From Thelocarpon superellum (taxonomy: Eukaryota): a stretch of 39,434 bases of DNA. The stretch spans positions 1 to 39,434 of the forward strand of contig JAPEUG010000130.1 of NCBI GenBank assembly GCA_026025795.1, written 5' to 3'. Position numbers and translations under genes: made by a program. Shown piece by piece: positions 32,302 through 39,434 of the stretch. The notes below the pieces were generated by a model, which saw nothing but the letters and a program-made list of their open reading frames with translations, had not been told where the DNA came from and made no database searches. Every line of letters starts with the position of its first letter. Within the stretch, counting starts at the first letter, position 1.

Positions 32302-33406
32302 TCACGAAGAGCTCTCGAGAGCCTTGATCCACGCCGTCCAAGCCTGCTGCAGTTCCGTGGCGCAGTTGCGCTTGATATTCGTGTCGCATCCCGCCATGTT
32401 CATCACGAAGTCGCCTGGCTTGTACAGCTCCGCTTTGCCGTCGTCTTGCGTCCCGTGCTGGCTGTAGCTGTTCAGTATGCGCTGGGGAACCAGCGCCAGC
32501 TTGGCGAGCACGGTCGAGTGCCATTGCACCAGGTGTTCCTGCGATGGATGATTGGGGTAAGTGACGGGTCGGTCGGGGGACGGTGGGGTTGGGGCTAGGG
32601 GGAGGGGGAAGTGGACGTGGAAGTGGACGGGAGAAAAGGTACCAGTGCGTGTACTTCCGCCTTTTGGAAGTTGTATTGACGGTACAGCGGGTCGAACCAT
32701 GCGTCGAGGAAGAAGGGCGCCCAGTCGCCTTGTCGGAGGACGAAGCTGTCCTGGGATAGGCCGTCGCCGTCTTGGGTGAGGACGAGGTCGATCCGGTCGC
32801 CGCGCAAGTGGGAGAAGGTTTTGATCACACTGTCGGGTGGCACGACGGGGATGTCCTTGAGCATCAAAAACTCGAGCCGTGAACGGGACATGATGTGCGA
32901 GGTGACGGTGAGCGCGGGGTTCATGATCAGCGCGTGCTGGTCCAACTGGAAGAAGAAGGTCGTGTGTGGGTACAGCGCCATGGCATGGCGCACCGCGGGG
33001 ATGCGGGCCCAGCTCGACGGTGCGCCGCCCAAATCATAGTCGGTGACGGAGGGGAAGAACGTGGCGTAGCCTGGAGGGTCAGCGGATGAGCGGCGGCCAG
33101 CGTTGGCAAGATACACGCACCATGAAGTTTGGCATACGCTCGCCGGTTCTCCTTGATCTTCTCCAGGTATTCGGGGGGGTGGAGGTCAGAGTCTAGCGTG
33201 GTGACGATGACGACCTCGGGTGTGCCCGGGGGAGGTCGATCAGAGGGGAAGAGGAAGAGGCGCGACAGGAGGTAGATGACGGCGAGGGTGGCGAGGGAAA
33301 GGAGGCCCAGAAGCTGCAAGCGTCGGATGCGCACCGACGGCCGTGATTGGCGGGGCGCATAAGGCGGCGGATGTGAGGTTTTGCGCGGCGGGAGGGCGAA
33401 ATGCAT
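32302..33406 (-). CDS. Glycosyltransferase family 34 (GMA12/MNN10 family), Mnn11-like alpha-1,6-mannosyltransferase subunit; 2 introns
   Basis: MHFALPPRKTS, type II TM anchor, ENRRAYAKLHGY, DIPVVPPDSVIKTF, FFLDAWFDPLYRQYNFQKAE, EHLVQWH..LVPQR, GDFV. Confidence 0.9.
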
Positions 33407-34005
33407 CGTGGGAGTGGCCTGCTCGTGCTCGTGCTCATCCACCGCGCGCCCGAGTTGGGGTGCAAAGACGCGATGTCTGGCGCTGCACGGTCAAGCCGGA
33501 CCCGCTCCGCACGTCCGCAGCCACCTGGGCGTCGTCGCAGTCCAGCTCAGAGATTCATCGGTCGGCGTGGACGATGCGGCGCATCACTGAAGAACCAGCA
33601 GAGGACAGCAGGGTCTTCGACGTGGGCTGGTGCGACCATGGGAAGGAAAATGGCCTGAGCTGACAGGCGTGGCTTGGCTCTCTGGTCGCCCGTCGTACGT
33701 CGCCCATCGAGAGAACTAAGAGTAGTACTGTGGTAATGTTATTAATGTTATCGTTAGTACGAAGTACTCGTGCGGGTAGTAACATTAGTATCGCCGCCCG
33801 CAGCCACGCAATTGGGTGCTACGTGTATGAAAAGGGTTTAGCGCGGATCGATGGCATTCATCCACCGTCGAACTCGTCCCCACGCCATCCGTGATGGCCG
33901 ACAGCTCACGTCTCCCGGCCCCTCCCCTTCCTCGGATCATCCTTACTTGGGAGCCCGCCGACGAATCGCTCGAATGGCTTCTCACTCTAGGGCTGTTCGG
34001 TCTGG

Positions 34006-35640
34006 CTACGCACACACGTGTTTGAAGAAGCGCAGAAAGTCCCCGCTCTCCTGCAGCTCTACCATATCCTGCACCTTCAATCCCACCACGATCTCCTCCG
34101 TCCTGTCCCGGCGGCGGGGGAGGAGAATACAGCGGCCATCCGCCGATTCGCGAGGCACTCGAACAAACTCCACTCGCCCACCCGCCAGCCCCCGTCCCCA
34201 CTGCAAGCTGTACGTGCCGAGCTCCAGCCATGACACGATGGAGACGTCCTTGCCGACCGGGCGTCGCCACCATGCCGGCGTCACGGTGCTCACGTCGGCT
34301 TGATTGCCCGTCAGGTAGACCAGGCTCCGGATGAAGCCGTTGTCCGCTGCATCATCCGCCTCGGCGATGAGCGCGGCGGTGGCGTGCGTTCGCGCCAGCG
34401 AGTCCGAGACTAGCTCGGCCACGTCGCACTCCACCGTCATATCCACGACGGCGTTGCCCATGTACGTGGGCAGCAGGGGTGGCGCCGCCCTCTTCCGCCC
34501 GTCCACCGTCACACCCAGTCGCGTGACACTCCCATACCAGCCCTTCCAGCTCCCGAGGATTCTGGCCCTGGTGATGCCGTGCCAGATGATGGCCCAGATG
34601 GCCTGGTCCGCAGAGATGGGTCCGTGCATCAGACCCTCCCTCTCGTCACACACGAACGCGACGAGAGGCCGCGGCTGTAGCTCAAAAACGGCCTGCCAAG
34701 TGTCCGTCGGTCCCTCGGGCTCCCCAAGCGCGTCTCCCCACGGGGGGCGCATGCACGCCTCCCGCTCCGCCGGGCTCATCACGTCATATCCGACGTGGCG
34801 GGTGATGGGATATGGCAGCTCTGGCGCCATCAGGGCCTGCCGATCGAAGCTGCCCGTGGTATCGAGAGGTCCGATTGGGTCATAATCGGCAGAAGACGGA
34901 GACGGGGGTTTGACCTCGCCATCCACCAGCACTCGACAGGTGCGCGCCCAGGCGTCCAGCACGGTCTGCAGACCGACGTGATCCATGGCGGCGTGGTGCA
35001 TGTTGACACTGAGCAAGATGCCATCGTGGATGATGTTGCACTGGACCGCCATGACCCGCGGTCGCTCCCGCTCCATCCACCGCAGCGGCAACAGGTCGCG
35101 TCTGCGGAGCTTCGCTGGGGGCATGTGACGGTGCTTCAGGGTGTGATAGCTCTCCAGCCGGGCACCCGACCTGATCATGGGCCAGCAAGTGCGGAAGATG
35201 TCCGTCACGATAGGGTGGCGCATTCGAAGCTCCACCCGCTTTCCCTCGCCCGTCTCCACCACGTCCGCAGCGAGAATGGGGATCTGGCCCATCGTCTGGT
35301 CCAGTGCCTCCTTGAACTTCTCCGCCGCGAAACACACCGTCTCGTCGGGAATGGGGAAGCAGAGAATTATGCTGATGTACGACCGTGGTGCAATCTGGTC
35401 CAAGGCCGATAAAGGGATCCTCTCTCCGGCCCGGCACTCGTGGTGGCATTGGCGGCAGCCCTCATGCTGTGGCTCGGGCTGCTGTTCGGGCTGCTGCTTG
35501 TCTTCATCCTCGCCCACATGCTGCTGCTCGTCCTGCTCCTCGCCTGCATCGCCCATGGACTCGTCGTCCGGGGTCCCCTGCTCGCTCCCTAATCCGTCGG
35601 AAAGTTGCAGGTCTTCGTCGCAATCGTGTACGTCTCCCAT
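34006..35640 (-). CDS. CoA-dependent acyltransferase (Transferase/BAHD fold, TRI101-like), intronless
   Basis: LSALDQIAPRSY, HxxxD motif (HAAMD, 34995-34981), VDGRKR..PPLLPTYMGNA, degenerate DFGWG-like motif (SLQWGRGL), DGRCILLPR. Confidence 0.85.
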   Translation of the reverse strand: MGDVHDCDEDLQLSDGLGSEQGTPDDESMGDAGEEQDEQQHVGEDEDKQQPEQQPEPQHEGCRQCHHECRAGERIPLSALDQIAPRSYISIILCFPIPDETVCFAAEKFKEALDQTMGQIPILAADVVETGEGKRVELRMRHPIVTDIFRTCWPMIRSGARLESYHTLKHRHMPPAKLRRRDLLPLRWMERERPRVMAVQCNIIHDGILLSVNMHHAAMDHVGLQTVLDAWARTCRVLVDGEVKPPSPSSADYDPIGPLDTTGSFDRQALMAPELPYPITRHVGYDVMSPAEREACMRPPWGDALGEPEGPTDTWQAVFELQPRPLVAFVCDEREGLMHGPISADQAIWAIIWHGITRARILGSWKGWYGSVTRLGVTVDGRKRAAPPLLPTYMGNAVVDMTVECDVAELVSDSLARTHATAALIAEADDAADNGFIRSLVYLTGNQADVSTVTPAWWRRPVGKDVSIVSWLELGTYSLQWGRGLAGGRVEFVRVPRESADGRCILLPRRRDRTEEIVVGLKVQDMVELQESGDFLRFFKHVCA

Positions 35641-36777
35641 GGTCTGATCGTTTCCCGAACGAGCAATATGCCTAGAGAATGAGGACGAGGGCCTTTCACG
35701 ATAAGGAATGTCAACTAATAAGTATGTGAGGATTTTGGACGTGCGACGCGCGATGAGAGCTGTATAGACGTAATACAGAAGAGGATGGACGCCACGGCCT
35801 TGTTGACATATCCCACGATTCCAGACCCGACGGCCTGCTAGCTCCTTGATCCGTCGTCTGGTCCAGCGGTCAACTGCGACCGATCACCGTCCCAATCGAG
35901 GTCTTCCGGGCTCCTGAGATGGACCGTACCTGCCCTAGGTAGGGTATGTCCATATTCACTCCTTCTACTCACGTCTGATGGCAAGTTTGTAAGAACAATG
36001 GGTCACCGTCGCTGCCCGTCTTGGATCAAAAACCCCATAAATTGAGATCCACAGGGAGCTGTCCGCGAGGCTCATGAAGTAACCCGACGCGCATGGCGAG
36101 TGTAGACAAGCGGAACCAACTTCACGCAGCATCGTGTGCAGCATCAGGGAAAACGCGATTCAAGAGAAGAGAGACAATAGACAAACGGAGGGTCACCACT
36201 CGCCTGGGAACGGCCGTAGCTGAGGTCCAAGCTTCACGTGCTAGTTGGTCAACGTACAAAACACAGGACGAGCGCGAGTATGATCGTCGTGCTCAATCGT
36301 GACTCGTACCATGCATCGCTCGCTGATTGGATCATTCGTCCCGCACCCTCGCCCCACTGCCCACCGCGCGACCTCGGCGAAAATGTCGAGCTCCACGTGA
36401 CGTATCATGAAGCACACGACGCATGGAATCTTCTCCAAGTCCGCCCTGTCCACCCCGAGGGGAATGTGGGAAAGAGTAGGGCAGTTTCAAGGGCGGAGGA
36501 GGTAGTCACTTGATGCCTTGCCCCTTGCGGCTCGGCACGATCATATTGAATCGCCCGGTTGCAACCGGTAAGGGTCGGCTGCAGAGGCAATAGAGCGCCC
36601 GCGCAGCAGCCCCAGCTAAGCTAGACGCGGGGAAATCCGGGACCTGTTGAAGGTGCCCCCGTCGTGTCGTCCACTGCACAGTCGAGTCATTCCTGCCTAC
36701 ATTCATCCCAGTGATTCTGTCAACCTGGGTACCTCAACTCGAGACACGAGGCGTGGACGGCCTCAGCAATTGCCGTC

Positions 36778-38258
36778 ATGTCGTGGAAGAAATCGGAGTT
36801 GCTGATGGACACCATCAAGCATTACTCTAGCTTTCCCGCCACGGGCGTCAGTCTACGACAGATGGTCCAATTCGGCGAACGCCCGTCCACCGGTGCGTCC
36901 CGGCCCGGCCCCGGTGCCTGTTGCACCCGTATGACCGCCAAGAGCAATTGAGCCTGACGATGATCCAGGCACTTTGTTCCGGGCTTCCCAATTCCTGTCC
37001 GAGGAACTGCCCATCCGCCTGGCGCATCGGGTGCAGGAGCTGGACAAGCTCCCGGACAGTTTGAACGAAATGTCCTCGATCAGAAAGGTCAAGGATTGGT
37101 ACGCACAATCTTTCGAGGTGTGTTTCGGACGGGAGATGGCGTGGCATGGGACGTGGAAGATGACCAGCGCCACAGGAGATCACTACTTTACCCCGACCGA
37201 CCCTTTCCGCCGATGTCAAGGATCGTCTGCTCCGACCGCCCAAGAAGAACCATCACACCTCACCGATACTAAGTCAGACGACACCGAATCCGAGTGTTGA
37301 GCCGGGAAGATACCGGTCTTCGCCGTGGCAGGACCAGAGCAATGGCTCGAATGGAACCTCCAAACGGCCGGCCACCACGCGACGGTACTACGCCACGGTA
37401 GACGATGGGTTGGAATGGCCCCCGGAGCTCCACGACTACAACCAACGATTTGCAAAGACATTGGAGGTGATCAAACGACGGCACGACAGCGTGGTGACGA
37501 CGATAGGTAGGTGACTCGACGTGGCGAGGAGATGGAGAAGGCCGGGCTCACTCCCGTCCAGCACAGGGAATCTTAGAATACAAGCGCAAGCGCCAACGGA
37601 TGCAGATTGACCAATCGATCCAATCCTTCCTCGATCGGTTCTACATGTCACGCATCGGCATCCGCATGCTGATCGGGCAACACATCGCACTGACGGACCA
37701 GCGGCACTCGGCCGAGCCCGACTACGTCGGCATCATCTGCACGAAGACGAACGTGCGAGAACTGGCGCAAGAAGCGATCGAGAACGCGCGCTTCGTATGC
37801 GAAGACCACTACGGCCTCTTTGACGCGCCCAAGGTCCAGCTAGTATGCAGACCCGACCTGAACTTCATGTACGTGCCAGGTCACCTCAGCCACATGCTCT
37901 TCGAGACCTTGAAGAACAGCCTGCGCGCGGTCGTGGAGACACACGGGGCAGACAAACAGGATTTCCCGGTGACGAAGGTGGTGGTGGCGGAAGGGAAAGA
38001 AGACATCACGATCAAGATCAGCGATGAAGGGGGCGGGATCCCCCGCAGCACGATCCCACTGGTGTGGACGTACATGTACACGACGGTGGAAACGACACCG
38101 AATCTGGACCCGGACTTCGACAAGAGCGACTTCAAGGCGCCCATGGCTGGATTCGGGTACGGGTTGCCGATTTCGAGACTATATGCTCGGTACTTTGGAG
38201 GCGATCTCAAGCTGATAAGCATGGAGGGGTAAGTCCTTTTCTTTTCATCTCGGTTTCA

Positions 38259-38305
<47 letters not shown>

Positions 38306-38489
38306 CATGACCTGCTCCTATCCTCCCGTCTCCGCCCCCGCCTCCGCCCCCGCCGTCTCCTGGGTCCATCTCACCTGCTGAAAGAAACATACTGATGACG
38401 AAACGGTCGTGGTGGTGATGAGCAGGTACGGAACGGATGTATATCTCCATTTGAACCGATTATCGAGCAGCAGCGAGCCATTGCAATAA
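36778..38489 (+). CDS. Mitochondrial pyruvate dehydrogenase kinase (PDK/BCKDK family); 4 introns
   Basis: HYSSFPATGVSLRQMVQFG, FLSEELPIRLAHRV, FLDRFYMSRIGIRMLIGQH, FETLKNSLRAVVE, ISDEGGGIP, MAGFGYGLPISRLYARYFGGDL, spliced MEG-YGTDVYLHLNRLSSSSEPLQ*. Confidence 0.95.
38259..38306. repeat. (TCCTCG)7 hexamer microsatellite inside the last PDK intron (38229-38425)
   Basis: Read directly from the sequence. Confidence 0.9.
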
Positions 38490-39048
38490 CTTAGCCCGTG
38501 TGGAGTAAGTGGAGCGAGTGGAGTGGTCGTTGCGAAGAATAGGGAGTGGGGCCGGAGGCAACACCATTGTCATCTGCTACGTCTACGTGGATGGACATCT
38601 CTGTGAATATTGGATATTGGAGAGGTATCTACTTGGAAAATAGATAATATCATGTACGATATCTCACATGACCTACGTAGCGTGCAAGAGAGATTAGTTT
38701 TCTCCCGCCGCGTTTGGATAGAGACACGTGACGTGGAATCTGTCCACCCATATTTCAACTGTAGTCCGACTCATTGGATGTAATTCGATTTCATTTTATC
38801 TCCTAGTGGAATAGACGCCTGTCTTATAACGCCAGTGTCTACTGTACGCTGATTCGAGCATGAGTCCTTGTAGACTTCTATTCTTGGACTCGGGCTCACA
38901 TCCAGTCTTCTCCGGGTTTCAACGATCAAGTCACTCATTCGTTCCATCGACTCTGTGCCTTCTTTCCACACAAACAACTCTCCCTTGTCCTCCACACAAC
39001 CCGACAAGCGTGGAGCAAAATATTCTCTGTCTTCAATGACAAATGCAT

Positions 39049-39434
39049 CTATCGCCTCGATGGCTTGCTAGGGACAGCAGCCGACGAAGAGGAAGAGGAA
39101 GAAGAAGAGGGCGCACCGATGTCTTCTTCTTCCTCGGCCTCATGAGGAATACCGCATAAGATCTCTTCGAATCGAAGGCGAGTTTGAGGGATCGTCTGCA
39201 TTTTGTCAGTATTGGTCAGCGCTATTTAGCTTCAACAGAAGAGAAGAGAAGAGACAACACGGAGGAAACAAGGGAGGTGGTGAAGTAATATGGAGCTAAC
39301 GAAAGAAGGAAAGGAAGACCAACGAGAAAGCGAAAGAAGCGGGAGGAACATACCTCGTCATTGGCCATAGCATGCAAAGTCAACAGCTCGTAATTATCCA
39401 GCACGATAGCAGCAGCATGTTGCTCCTCGCGCTG
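39049..39434 (-). CDS. Hypothetical protein, 5'-partial (last two exons); intron 39353-39196
   Basis: ..AAAIVLDNYELLTLHAMANDE|GTATGT..CTGAC..GCAG|TIPQTRLRFEEILCGIPHEAEEEED..SRR*; canonical splice signals in phase 0. Confidence 0.65.

Noticed and set aside
35446..35457. CxxCH heme-c attachment motif in the acyltransferase leader
   Set aside because: The protein has no mitochondrial or secretory targeting and no cytochrome c context, so covalent heme attachment is implausible.
35641..36777. Short ORFs in the acyltransferase-PDK divergent gap as a possible pseudogene or transposon relic
   Set aside because: No transposase or RT motifs, terminal repeats or coherent reading frame found by eye.
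38392..38408. Hammerhead-ribozyme-like core CTGATGA-C-GAAAC-G-GTC in the last PDK intron
   Set aside because: There is no stem II (1 nt between CUGAUGA and GAAA), stem III cannot close, and the flanks do not pair as stem I. CTGAT is adequately explained as the intron branch point.

Overview
Gene-dense, GC-rich eukaryotic DNA from a filamentous ascomycete (Pezizomycotina-type short GT-AG introns with CTRAY branch points). About 20 mostly spliced protein-coding genes were reconstructed by hand: PTH2 (5'-partial), SNU66/SART1, ARMH3/DUF1741-like, ISA1, a Dabb stress-barrel protein, DSC3, VTI1, an orphan secreted protein with a beta/gamma-crystallin-like C-terminus, a COG2907-type FAD oxidoreductase, a degenerate SGNH-like membrane protein, SIF2/TBL1-like, TMEM115/DUF1751, RRP12, SEC6, mitochondrial uL30, DPL1, an MNN11-like GT34, a solitary TRI101-like acyltransferase, a pyruvate dehydrogenase kinase, and a 5'-partial hypothetical gene. 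I saw no tRNA, rRNA, transposon, CRISPR or secondary-metabolite backbone gene. The window is mostly housekeeping and I cannot claim a clear new biological system. The best leads are the three adjacent poorly characterised genes at 10.8-15.8 kb, the lone acyltransferase, GGTCR pentamer arrays abutting two stop codons, and a palindrome fused to a heptamer array. All family assignments come from motif recognition; no database search was run.
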